IMG/VR virus record: IMGVR_UViG_3300033062_001341 | Span: 1-64,000 of that record | Length of the DNA stretch: 64,000 nt | DNA from: a virus | Taxonomy: Duplodnaviria > Caudoviricetes | Strand: one strand, 5' to 3' | In this document: positions 41,390-50,187 of the stretch, one piece after another | Position numbering within the stretch: the stretch's first letter is position 1 | Layout: each line of letters starts with the position of its first letter | Translations under genes and position numbers: made by a program | The notes under the pieces: model-generated | The model's input: only the letters and a program-made list of their open reading frames with translations | The model's database searches: none | What the model was told of the DNA's origin: nothing

Positions 41390-43225
41390 TTACTTCGTCT
41401 TTTCTTTTTGTTTGTTTTTTTCCTGAACATACATGTATATCTGCTCTTTGAATTTTTCACTATTCAAAAAGTCTGTAAGGTATTGAGTACTAACACCAGC
41501 TGGTGCGTCAACTTTGAATACGATTGTTCCACTATAATCAACGGTCTGATTTACCGTTGATGTTAATGTTTTGTCTTTGCTTGTACTACTTGTGAAGGCG
41601 TCTGTTCCCTCTAACAATGAAGATTTTCCGCTTGTTGGTTTTACTTTTGTACCGCTTTTAGTACCTGTAGCCGCAGCGTTTTTACCGAAATCTGTTTTAT
41701 CAACATAGTCTTGTAATGCATTTTTTGCACTTTGTGCCAAATCACCAACTTCTGAAGACCTAAATCTTAAATCAGACTTTTTTAAATCATTATAGATTGA
41801 TGTACCAAGTTTTTCAACAACCTTTTTTACATCTTCACTTTGTTTTCCAAATTTACTACCAAAGTCTTTCATTACATCACCCATGGATTTTCCATCACTC
41901 TTTGCCAATTCTTTAGCAACATCCCTAATTGAGTTACTTAGTGTTTCAAATTCTTTATTATAAATTTCTGTTCTTCCTGCTTTGTCTGATAAAATCCCTG
42001 ATGGAATTGTTGCTGCCTTTCTAACTCCCTCAAGATTATCTTTAACCACTGTTGTCCCTACCGCACCTCTAACAACCGCCTCTTTAATTGCTGTAACATC
42101 ATTTCTTATAATATCACTTGTTTTCATACCAGCTCTGGCAATCTCTTCCATAGACTTTGGCTGATTCTTTTGTTCAGTAATTAACTTATCGAATTCTTGT
42201 TGGGTTACATCACTAAGTTTTTTAGTTTCTTGGTCACTAATTTTAACAACATAGTTACCAGACGCGTCCATTTCAGATAAATTACTTAAGAATTGTTTGT
42301 CTGATTCATCTTTGAAAGTAATACTAGGGTTGATATTTGAAAGTCTCTTATCTAACTCCGCAGAGGCTAAAGCAGCTTTAGATAGTGTACCACCAGCCAA
42401 ACCAGCCTCTTTCTCCATTTGTTTTAACGTCAATATACCTTGAGGATTAATTCTAAAGGATTTTGTTTTCTCGTCAAAATATGTGAATTGTTTACCAACT
42501 TTTGCTAAACTTTCTTGTAACGCTCCTGGGTCATTAATAGATTGATTCATTAATGCAAATGGGTCAGAAAGATTTCCTGCAGTAACACCAAGTCTTTGAA
42601 ATGCGGATGCCATTTCTATAGCATTTTCAGGGTCCATCATCCTGTCAGCAAAATCAAGAGCGGTATTCATGTCAATTTTTAATTGAGCAGCTCTTGCGGC
42701 CATTTTTGTTAATCCTTGAACCCCTCCGTCAAAATTAAATTTATTGAGTGCTGAAGCGTTTGAAACAACATCTTGCATTACCTCTTTAGCATTTAACCCC
42801 AAATCTCTAACACTGTTTGTTGCTTCTTCTAATTGACCACCAACAACACCAAACTGAATTCCTGCACCTTCAAAGTTTTTAACAATTGTTCCTGTACTTT
42901 GTTCTAAAACTTGGGATGTAGCATATAATTTAGCAACACTATCTGCCGAAGCTAAGGTATTTTTACCTGTAGCCACAGCAATTTCTTTCATTGTAGACAT
43001 TGTCTGTTCAAAGCTAGCACCAAGTCTTCTCATTCTCGGAGCAGCCTCATTAACAGCCGTCATCATCTCACTTACTCTGGCACGAGATTGTGTGAAGGCT
43101 TTGGTAAGTTCGTTACCCGCCTGAATCATTTGTCCAGTAGCTCCTATAAATTGGTCTGCGCCAAAGGATATGGCATCCGACATTGATTTACCGTACTCTT
43201 CTGCAGATTCTTTTTTCTCAGCCAT
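41390..43225 (-). CDS. Tail tape measure protein
   Basis: Ala/Gly/Lys-rich, predicted alpha-helical, 611 aa; canonical position after tube and chaperone genes and before baseplate genes. Confidence 0.75.
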   Translation of the reverse strand: MAEKKESAEEYGKSMSDAISFGADQFIGATGQMIQAGNELTKAFTQSRARVSEMMTAVNEAAPRMRRLGASFEQTMSTMKEIAVATGKNTLASADSVAKLYATSQVLEQSTGTIVKNFEGAGIQFGVVGGQLEEATNSVRDLGLNAKEVMQDVVSNASALNKFNFDGGVQGLTKMAARAAQLKIDMNTALDFADRMMDPENAIEMASAFQRLGVTAGNLSDPFALMNQSINDPGALQESLAKVGKQFTYFDEKTKSFRINPQGILTLKQMEKEAGLAGGTLSKAALASAELDKRLSNINPSITFKDESDKQFLSNLSEMDASGNYVVKISDQETKKLSDVTQQEFDKLITEQKNQPKSMEEIARAGMKTSDIIRNDVTAIKEAVVRGAVGTTVVKDNLEGVRKAATIPSGILSDKAGRTEIYNKEFETLSNSIRDVAKELAKSDGKSMGDVMKDFGSKFGKQSEDVKKVVEKLGTSIYNDLKKSDLRFRSSEVGDLAQSAKNALQDYVDKTDFGKNAAATGTKSGTKVKPTSGKSSLLEGTDAFTSSTSKDKTLTSTVNQTVDYSGTIVFKVDAPAGVSTQYLTDFLNSEKFKEQIYMYVQEKNKQKEKTK

Positions 43226-43240
43226 TCAAGTGTTTTTCTT

Positions 43241-43247
43241 ATAAATA
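43241..43247 (-). promoter_or_regulatory. TATTTAT(A) putative late promoter motif
   Basis: 15 nt upstream of the ATG at 43225. Confidence 0.55.
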
Positions 43248-43264
43248 GAAGAAGGACTATTTTT

Positions 43265-43420
43265 TTAGTCCCCCTTGTGTTCTTCAATCCATTTATCCAA
43301 CAAATATTTTCTTACAAAAATTGGCATTTTTTCAAAATCTTGCCATGCAATATTCATTAATGTACTCAAATAATAAAATTCATCCAATTGACCTTTTCTA
43401 TAATCAGAAGAAAGGACGAA
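43265..43420 (-). CDS. Second part of the tail assembly chaperone (gp51/'T'-like), probably reached by +1 frameshift
   Basis: Below track threshold. Hand translation: FVLSSDYRKGQLDEFYYLSTLMNIAWQDFEKMPIFVRKYLLDKWIEEHKGD*. It overlaps the 3' end of 43404..44147 in the +1 frame. Confidence 0.7.
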   Translation of the reverse strand, partial: FVLSSDYRKGQLDEFYYLSTLMNIAWQDFEKMPIFVRKYLLDKWIEEHKGD

Positions 43421-44147
43421 AAAATTCCACCCCAAAACCGACGTTGACTGTCAGTCTATCTCCTGATGGGGTTGTTACTACTCTATTCATGTTTAATCTT
43501 GGTTCGTTGTCATCCATAAATTTTCTTATGAATTTGGAATCCATGATTGGCATTTGTTCAATAAACTTGGCAATCTCTCCTTTGTCTTGACTTCCATTTA
43601 TTTCGACAATTTGTTTATTTAATCTCCAAGTAACTCTTGGTACTGTTCTTCCTTGTGGATATGACTCAGCCATTTTGTTAATTTCCATTATTTCACCATA
43701 TGTCATTGGTCTTATTTTGATAGTCGCCTCTGATTTTGGTAATGTGAGGATGAATGTTCCATCTTCTAATGGTTCTTGACCATTAACAATTGTTAACTCA
43801 TCTAAAACAACAGTTGTTTCAAACATCTTTTTCGTGTTGGGGTCTGTCACATTTAATGTGACTTCAGGTCCAAATGAAGTGTTTCTCAAGAAAACAAGAA
43901 TAGCCTCAACGTCACCTTCTAATAAATCCTCAACTCTAATGTCTGGTTCGTATAGTTTAGTTCTGATTAAATTAGTGGTAATGTCCTCACCACCTGATAG
44001 AAGAATGTTTTCATCTGCAGCGGTAAGATAACCGACCTTAACAGATTTCTTCTTGTTTTTATAAAATACTCCTTGGGATGGTAAAGGTACCACGTCATGA
44101 GGGAGTGTGAAATTAGATTGTGCGTAATTTGATGTTTGATTGTCCAT
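43404..44147 (-). CDS. Tail assembly chaperone / baseplate hub assembly protein (T4 gp26-like)
   Basis: VVPLPSQG...YLTAADENIL...DLLEGDVEAILVFLRNTSFG...LPKS...IRPMT...FIEQMPIMDS...FFRPFF; lies between tube and tape measure genes. Confidence 0.8.
   Translation of the reverse strand: MDNQTSNYAQSNFTLPHDVVPLPSQGVFYKNKKKSVKVGYLTAADENILLSGGEDITTNLIRTKLYEPDIRVEDLLEGDVEAILVFLRNTSFGPEVTLNVTDPNTKKMFETTVVLDELTIVNGQEPLEDGTFILTLPKSEATIKIRPMTYGEIMEINKMAESYPQGRTVPRVTWRLNKQIVEINGSQDKGEIAKFIEQMPIMDSKFIRKFMDDNEPRLNMNRVVTTPSGDRLTVNVGFGVEFFRPFF
43416..43424 (-). other. Candidate +1 programmed ribosomal frameshift site UUU_UUU_CGU
   Basis: In-frame codons GAA TTT TTT CGT, four codons before the TGA. A +1 slip gives TTC GTC and opens the 50-codon downstream ORF. 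Confidence 0.55.
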
Positions 44148-44149
44148 AT

Positions 44150-44184
44150 AAAAAAATAACCGTAAAGTTTATGTCTTTACGGTT
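44150..44184 (-). terminator. Intrinsic terminator after the tail tube gene
   Basis: 10-bp stem AACCGTAAAG/CTTTACGGTT (44158-44184) with a 7-nt loop, followed by A-T7 on the minus strand. Confidence 0.8.
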
Positions 44185-44218
44185 AAATATAGTTTCTATT
44201 GATTTTTTATAAATAGTA

Positions 44219-44707
44219 TTAGTAAACCAACACGCAACGGTCAGGACGAAGACTTGCTGTGATGTCTGCCAAAGCGTCTGTTGAATACCCTAAAGAACCA
44301 AAGTCTACACTTGTTAAGAAGGTTCCATAAAGAATCCATTTTTCGACAACAACTCCTGTTGGGTCTAACATCTCCAAGTCAATGTCTTTCTTATAACCCG
44401 CTGCGTATCCCATACGACCTGTTACAGACTCCGCGTGTAAACGAACCCATTCCATAAGAGCTTGAGCTGCTGACGGTCCAATTGGGTCTCTAAACTTGAC
44501 TGTTATTTCGTCCCAATTAAATCTACCTGCAACGTATGTTGATGTATTTAAAAATTGTATTTCTGTTGAAGCAATTTTGATAGATGGTCTTTTCGTACTT
44601 TCTACGAACCACTCATTAATTCCTAAGCTTGAAGGAAACCTCAAGATGAATCGGTTCTGACGTTTCGGTTCGTAAGGAATCGGCATTTTCATTAGTAAAT
44701 CAGCCAT
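44219..44707 (-). CDS. Tail tube protein (T4 gp19-like)
   Basis: YEPKRQNRFIL...YVAGRFNWDEITVKFRDPIGPS...WVRLH...YKKDIDLEMLDPTGVVVEKWILYG...LDY-type motif, 162 aa. Confidence 0.92.
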   Translation of the reverse strand: MADLLMKMPIPYEPKRQNRFILRFPSSLGINEWFVESTKRPSIKIASTEIQFLNTSTYVAGRFNWDEITVKFRDPIGPSAAQALMEWVRLHAESVTGRMGYAAGYKKDIDLEMLDPTGVVVEKWILYGTFLTSVDFGSLGYSTDALADITASLRPDRCVLVY

Positions 44708-44739
44708 GTTATTATAATTTTTTTTTTATTTTATATCTT

Positions 44740-44746
44740 ATAAATA
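44740..44746 (-). promoter_or_regulatory. TATTTAT(A) putative late promoter motif
   Basis: 32 nt upstream of the tube ATG at 44707. Confidence 0.55.
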
Positions 44747-44798
44747 TAGTCTTATCAAAAATATTTCTATTTACTTTGTAGTTGGAAATTAATATTCA

Positions 44799-45626
44799 TT
44801 ATTTATATTCCTTCTTAATTCCTCCAGCAGTAGAATAAGTTTTTACTATATTATCTGGTTTATCTTTAAAATGCTTACTTATCTTTTCTACATTCTTTAA
44901 ATCATCATCTGAAAAACCTATTTTAGGTTGCTCTGGTATAAATCTATTACCTATATCTTTTTTAAGGAATGCTTTTTTATTAAGTAAAGCCGCTAATCCT
45001 TTCACATAGTCTACAAACTCATCCATCGCCATAACTTTTAATTCTTCAGGACTTGCAGCACTTCCATCATTACCAAACGATACGGGATGATATCTATTAA
45101 GTTCTAAATAAGACCTAATCAAATCATCATCAGACATATCTTCGTCATCTGAGAAGGTTCTATATTTTTTAAGGTTCTTAACTAATTGGTCTTTATCGAT
45201 ACCACCAAATCCATTGATGATATAATTGTAAACCGCTTCTTTTAATGTGTTGGGGTTGTGACCTCTCGCTGTGATTATTGAAAACACCGAACCATTATTA
45301 ATGGCTTCTCTAAAGTCATCAAACGCGGGACCTTTCTTAGCTGTCATTGCATCAATTAGAAAGTCTTTATCACCATCTGTTCTAAAATTTCTGAAAGCAT
45401 CATTAGCAAAACCAACAACCATCTCACCCTTATAATCAAATGGTTTTTTTCCAATATCCTGTCTATACTCTGCAAAGTCATCAGTACTCATACCTACCTC
45501 ATCACCGTCTTCAGTCTTCAAAATTATTTTAGTCGGCATATGAACAATATTATCATCCCAATCGAATGCATAATATTTCATATCTGGTGTATGCTCTGAT
45601 TTAAATCCTTCTACTATTCTTCTCAT
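44799..45626 (-). CDS. HAD-superfamily phosphohydrolase
   Basis: Motif I YYAFDWDDNI (DxD), motif II IITARGH, motif IV GFSDDD. Confidence 0.75.
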   Translation of the reverse strand: MRRIVEGFKSEHTPDMKYYAFDWDDNIVHMPTKIILKTEDGDEVGMSTDDFAEYRQDIGKKPFDYKGEMVVGFANDAFRNFRTDGDKDFLIDAMTAKKGPAFDDFREAINNGSVFSIITARGHNPNTLKEAVYNYIINGFGGIDKDQLVKNLKKYRTFSDDEDMSDDDLIRSYLELNRYHPVSFGNDGSAASPEELKVMAMDEFVDYVKGLAALLNKKAFLKKDIGNRFIPEQPKIGFSDDDLKNVEKISKHFKDKPDNIVKTYSTAGGIKKEYK

Positions 45627-45633
45627 ATTGGCT

Positions 45634-45656
45634 AAAAGGGGGAGATTAACTCCCCC
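45634..45656 (-). terminator. Intrinsic terminator after the tail sheath gene
   Basis: 7-bp stem GGGGGAG/CTCCCCC with a 5-nt loop, followed by T4 on the minus strand. Confidence 0.65.
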
Positions 45657-45667
45657 CTATATTTTTA

Positions 45668-48600
45668 TTAGATATTTTCAAACGAAGCTCCTGTTGGAGT
45701 GATGAAGAATTCTATGTCGATGAATTCTAAAGCCTTCGTAGGTTTTAAGTAAATCTTACCTGTAAGTGTGTTTCTGTCTAAGTCTTCAGGAGAAGATGAA
45801 ACTGTTACACGGAAATCGTATAAACCTCTGTCTCTTCTGATAGAGTCTAAGATTGGGTTAACACTGTCTAAGAATTGTTGTCTAACGATTTGGTCGTTTT
45901 GTTCGAACAATAATCTTACAGCCACCGCTGAAATTAACTTACGAGCTTGTAACAATAATCTTCTAACATTCAATCTGTTAAGAGCTGTGTCAGCAACTTG
46001 TAAAGTTTTGTTACCAAAGATTACTGTTCCAACATCAGAGAAAGTTGCGATAGGGTTGATTCTACCTTGATATAATGTATCTCTATCTTCTTGAGTTAGT
46101 TTTTGTCTAGCTTTGATTGAGTTTACAAGACCTCTTGTGTAACCCGCTGATGCGAACCAAGGAAATGAAATATTATCTGTTAGAGCTAAGTTTCTACAAA
46201 CTTCACCTGTTGGTGGTAAGTAGATTTGTGTATTGTTAACCGTATCTCTTGTTAAAATCCAAGGATAGTAAGTTGCTGTGTAGTTAGAATCAATTCCTGT
46301 GTTATCTAAGTTATCAACCGCTTCTTGAGAATAAATTACTAACTCTGGATTATTAGCATCCGGTAAGTTCAAACGATAGTCAGGAGTTGTTACGATATAA
46401 ACCGAATCAGCTCTTGAGTATTGAATCATATCAATAGCTTCTTCACATAAGTTAGAGTTATTAATATAGTCGATACTTGCAGTTGCAAATACGTTAATAT
46501 TTGTAGATTCAGGGTTTGCGTAAGTAAGAATACCAAGTAAGTAAGCGTAGTAGTCCGTGTTTGCAAAATCTTGTGTGTTATTTTGAACAACAATTCTTTT
46601 GAATAAACCTTCTCCTGTTGCGTTTGGATATCTTGATGAAGGAGATGAACCTGCTAAGTAACCGTTAGCACCTAGTTGGAATCTATCTTCATTTGTTCTA
46701 CGTTCGTTATAGATATCCCAACCATCAAATCCACCCGCAAAACATACTGTGTATTTTCTTGCATAAATGAAGTAATAAGGATTTTCTTGAAATTCTGGGT
46801 CCGTTCTGAAATCAGCATCTCCACATTCAAACGCTGTTTGACCACTTGTTTGGAAAGAGGTAGCGATTGTTACAACTGTAGCACCTGAGTCCATATGGAA
46901 ACCTTTACTTACAACGTTCCAAGGAGCCCCTTCTTGAAGTGGGTCATTAATCCAATTCGGTGGGTTTTGTTTTCCTTTGTATTGTAAGAAAGCCTCATCA
47001 ACACCATATTGTGTTGAGAAACCTAAATAACTTCTTCTTACAATATCTCCAGCAGATTCTGTATTAGTTAAATTACCAAAAAACGGAGGATTTGCAATTG
47101 TTTCGCCAGGGAAGAAATACTTTGTTTTATATTGTATGTAAGGTGATGGATACTCAGAAACATTAAAATACTCTCTTTGAGTATATCCACGGAACCCACA
47201 AGGTATTGCATCTATTGGAGCTGTTGGTGACATTTCAACCATTACGTATTTTGAAAGTAACGCATATTCACCGTTTGATGTACCAATCTTAACACCAATA
47301 AAGTTGTTAGATAATGGGTCCAAATTACAATTAGTGAATTTTTCAATCACAACAGGACTAGCATCTGTATCGAAGAAATTTCTAACTAATACATCGAAAG
47401 ACATATTGTTGAAAGAAAGATTTGCAATAGAAACTTTAACTTCGGTGTTTGCTGCATTTCCATCAGATATTGAAATGAATTTAAATAAATCATAAACCTT
47501 ATTACCTCTTAACTCAGATACTAAGAACGGAGTTTCAGGTGATTGATATCTCTCTAAGTTATACGCAATCGACGTACCACTTTGACTTCTAGCATCAGGT
47601 AAATCAATTAGATTACAATTGATTCCTTTGATATACCCCTGAGAATAAGCAATATTTAAAGACGATTGATAAGACTCTTCCACAAACACAGGAACCGTAA
47701 ATCTTGATTTACCAAAATTATCAACACCAAATACTTTTGTAAGATATTTTGAAGAAGAAGCCAATAATGATGTTTCAAATTGGAATGTGTTGTTATCGTC
47801 AGTAACACCTGAGATTAAGAATGTACCGTAAGGGTCTTTACTTACACCAGAATAAGCTCCATCGCAAACCATGGTTAAACCTGTAGTTTGATAGATAGGT
47901 CCGTGATTTTCAGAAGCCGAACTATTAGTAAATAAAGCAATACCTCTTGAACGTAAAGTTGCAACAACCATGTTGTTATATTCACTGTACGCAGTTCCTG
48001 AGAATGAATATGTATTACCAGATATTGTACCTGTAACCACATCACCGTTAATCGATAAAGTATTAACAATATAATCAAAAGAATAACCCGAATAGTTATC
48101 ACCTGTATAATTTTCGAAGTTAGCATAATACCAAGCATCATTAGAACCTGAACTTAAATCGTTGTACTCAATCTCTCCATCTCCCGGAACATCATAAACG
48201 TTTTTCAGATTACTATATTGATTAACCAACGAATACCAATCTTCAGAAGGTATTGAACCGTATATTACTGAAGTATTAGCAGACAATGTTGTTGAATCAG
48301 CTATTTGACTAATGTAAGTGTTGAAATCATCTTGTAATGTTGAAGTACTCCCATCACTTAATCTGTATTGAACATTTAAGTTAGTTTCAACTTGTGAAGG
48401 TAATTCTGTTGTGTCTAAGAAAACAATTGTATTTCCAGACGCAGTACCTGTAAATGTTGCAGTGAATGGTGTTGCTGCTGAAGACGATGTAAACCCAATT
48501 GTTAAAGGGTCAACATTCGCGGTTACAGATATACTCCAAGATGGACCCGCATCATATCCTGATAAACCTAATACTCTTGTAACGAATAATTGGTTCGATT

Positions 48601-48868
48601 GTTGTAAATAAGATTTTGCAATATATGCCGCCTCATACTTAGGGATTTGTGTGTTCACGAATTTCACAGGTTCTGTACCACCGAAATAGGCTTGGAACTC
48701 ATCATAGTTAGTTATAAAAATTGGTTCGAAAGCGGGGCCTTTTATAGTTTCCCCAACCACACCTAAAGTTGTTACACCCACGCTTTGGGCTACGAACGAT
48801 AAGTCCGTTTCAGAAGTGTATACACCAGGTGAAACGTACACCTTTTTGTTTGCTTGTGCTGTTGCCAT
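45668..48868 (-). CDS. Tail sheath protein (T4 gp18-like), enlarged to 1066 aa
   Basis: N-terminal VYVSPGVYTSETDLS...LGVVGETIKGPAFEPIFITNYDEF; C-terminal PWFASAGYTRG, INPIATF, IFGNKTLQ, LNVRRLL, IYLKPTKALEFIDIEF. Confidence 0.95.
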   Translation of the reverse strand: MATAQANKKVYVSPGVYTSETDLSFVAQSVGVTTLGVVGETIKGPAFEPIFITNYDEFQAYFGGTEPVKFVNTQIPKYEAAYIAKSYLQQSNQLFVTRVLGLSGYDAGPSWSISVTANVDPLTIGFTSSSAATPFTATFTGTASGNTIVFLDTTELPSQVETNLNVQYRLSDGSTSTLQDDFNTYISQIADSTTLSANTSVIYGSIPSEDWYSLVNQYSNLKNVYDVPGDGEIEYNDLSSGSNDAWYYANFENYTGDNYSGYSFDYIVNTLSINGDVVTGTISGNTYSFSGTAYSEYNNMVVATLRSRGIALFTNSSASENHGPIYQTTGLTMVCDGAYSGVSKDPYGTFLISGVTDDNNTFQFETSLLASSSKYLTKVFGVDNFGKSRFTVPVFVEESYQSSLNIAYSQGYIKGINCNLIDLPDARSQSGTSIAYNLERYQSPETPFLVSELRGNKVYDLFKFISISDGNAANTEVKVSIANLSFNNMSFDVLVRNFFDTDASPVVIEKFTNCNLDPLSNNFIGVKIGTSNGEYALLSKYVMVEMSPTAPIDAIPCGFRGYTQREYFNVSEYPSPYIQYKTKYFFPGETIANPPFFGNLTNTESAGDIVRRSYLGFSTQYGVDEAFLQYKGKQNPPNWINDPLQEGAPWNVVSKGFHMDSGATVVTIATSFQTSGQTAFECGDADFRTDPEFQENPYYFIYARKYTVCFAGGFDGWDIYNERRTNEDRFQLGANGYLAGSSPSSRYPNATGEGLFKRIVVQNNTQDFANTDYYAYLLGILTYANPESTNINVFATASIDYINNSNLCEEAIDMIQYSRADSVYIVTTPDYRLNLPDANNPELVIYSQEAVDNLDNTGIDSNYTATYYPWILTRDTVNNTQIYLPPTGEVCRNLALTDNISFPWFASAGYTRGLVNSIKARQKLTQEDRDTLYQGRINPIATFSDVGTVIFGNKTLQVADTALNRLNVRRLLLQARKLISAVAVRLLFEQNDQIVRQQFLDSVNPILDSIRRDRGLYDFRVTVSSSPEDLDRNTLTGKIYLKPTKALEFIDIEFFITPTGASFENI

Positions 48869-48902
48869 TATTAATTAATTCTGTTGCAGATTTATTTTAA
48901 TG

Positions 48903-48909
48903 ATAAATA
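48903..48909 (-). promoter_or_regulatory. TATTTAT putative late promoter motif
   Basis: 34 nt upstream of the sheath ATG at 48868. Confidence 0.55.
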
Positions 48910-48988
48910 TTCATTACTAACACAAAAAACTTGACTTTTGGATATGTATTTGTAAACGGTATGATTTAATTCTGCCTTTTTTCTACCT

Positions 48989-49150
48989 ATGAAAATAAAG
49001 AAAGAAATAAAGAACTTGAAGATATCACCCGAATCTCACGAGGTATTAAAAAAATACTGTGATAAAAGGGGAATCAAGATTTATAAGTTTATTGAGAATT
49101 TGATTATGGAAAAGTGTAAGGAGAATAGAGATATCTATGGTGAGGGTTAG
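48989..49150 (+). CDS. Ribbon-helix-helix (CopG/Arc/MetJ-like) DNA-binding protein, 53 aa
   Basis: Below track threshold. Hand translation: MKIKKEIKNLKISPESHEVLKKYCDKRGIKIYKFIENLIMEKCKENRDIYGEG*, with an alternating beta-strand (KNLKIS), helix A, G turn and helix B. Confidence 0.75.
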   Translation: MKIKKEIKNLKISPESHEVLKKYCDKRGIKIYKFIENLIMEKCKENRDIYGEG

Positions 49151-50187
49151 ACTAACTTGTTTTCAAAAACAATTTTACCCTCTAAAGTATTATCTTCTTT
49201 CACCACTTGTATTCTTAAAGTGTCGTTGGTTGTGATTTGAATTAAATTAACATTACCACCATAATAATCATTATTGATATAAACATCATAACTCGAAATA
49301 TTTTCAGTTCCAACTAATTCCATGTTTGCAGTAAAATCAATTACATCAACCAATGTTGTGTTTCCAACAACAAATAAAAAATTGTTTTCAAAATTATCAG
49401 GATTTTCAGGGAATTGTTGTCTTCTCTTGTTTAATCTGTTGTTATCAATTTCAAACAATTGAGTAACTCTTTGAATTGCTGGTTTAACCTGAAACTCTTC
49501 TTCATCAATAAGATATCCTAACATTGTGAAATCATAACTTTGAACGTAATACTTTCTTGATTCCAAACTCATTTGAGATTCGTCTGAAACATTATTCATA
49601 ATGATTGGAACATATTGACCCTTAATAAAAGTGTATGCCTGTCTTGATGAGAACTTCTGCATTACAATCTTGTTAAGTTGGTTCAACTCTCTCATTCTAT
49701 TACAAATAATTTTAACACTGTAGTTGATATCGACAGGAACTGGTTGTGGTATTGTATAGATATCCATACCCTGTTCATTACCATTCCATGTTGGGACCGA
49801 AGCATAATAGAATTGTTTTCTGTTTGGTATTGTATATTGAAGTGATGGGTTTGTCCCGTACTTTACTTCAGGACTTCTAACGACTGTGATAAAAGGTGGT
49901 GATGGGTTATAATCTAAATCAACAAACAAAGCAGTCTCAACATATTGTGTCCAGTTTTGTGTTGTTATTATAATATCAACCATTGGCACAATCTTTCCCG
50001 CAGTAACAACCTTTAAATCTTCTTTAACAAAATCCAGCATCCCTCTGTCCAAGTCAGCATGTAAAACTGATTTAGGTAAATAAGTTCCATCTTCATTAAT
50101 ATATTCCAACAACTGTTCTCTACGAGCAGATAAAGTCTTCTTAGGTACTAACGGTAGTGTTGGTTTAACTTGTTTTGGAAATGCCAT
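49147..50187 (-). CDS. Tail terminator / sheath stabiliser (T4 gp15-like)
   Basis: PQPVPVDINYSVKIICNRMRELNQLNKIVMQKF; position upstream of the sheath gene. Confidence 0.7.
   Translation of the reverse strand: MAFPKQVKPTLPLVPKKTLSARREQLLEYINEDGTYLPKSVLHADLDRGMLDFVKEDLKVVTAGKIVPMVDIIITTQNWTQYVETALFVDLDYNPSPPFITVVRSPEVKYGTNPSLQYTIPNRKQFYYASVPTWNGNEQGMDIYTIPQPVPVDINYSVKIICNRMRELNQLNKIVMQKFSSRQAYTFIKGQYVPIIMNNVSDESQMSLESRKYYVQSYDFTMLGYLIDEEEFQVKPAIQRVTQLFEIDNNRLNKRRQQFPENPDNFENNFLFVVGNTTLVDVIDFTANMELVGTENISSYDVYINNDYYGGNVNLIQITTNDTLRIQVVKEDNTLEGKIVFENKLV

Noticed and set aside
43321-43590. Plus-strand 89-aa ORF
   Set aside because: Antisense to the chaperone and its +1-frame extension, which have clear homology-type motifs.
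48931-48965. Sigma70 promoter for the RHH gene (TTGACT or TTTGGA ... TATGAT)
   Set aside because: The good -35 and good -10 are not at compatible spacing; too weak to call.
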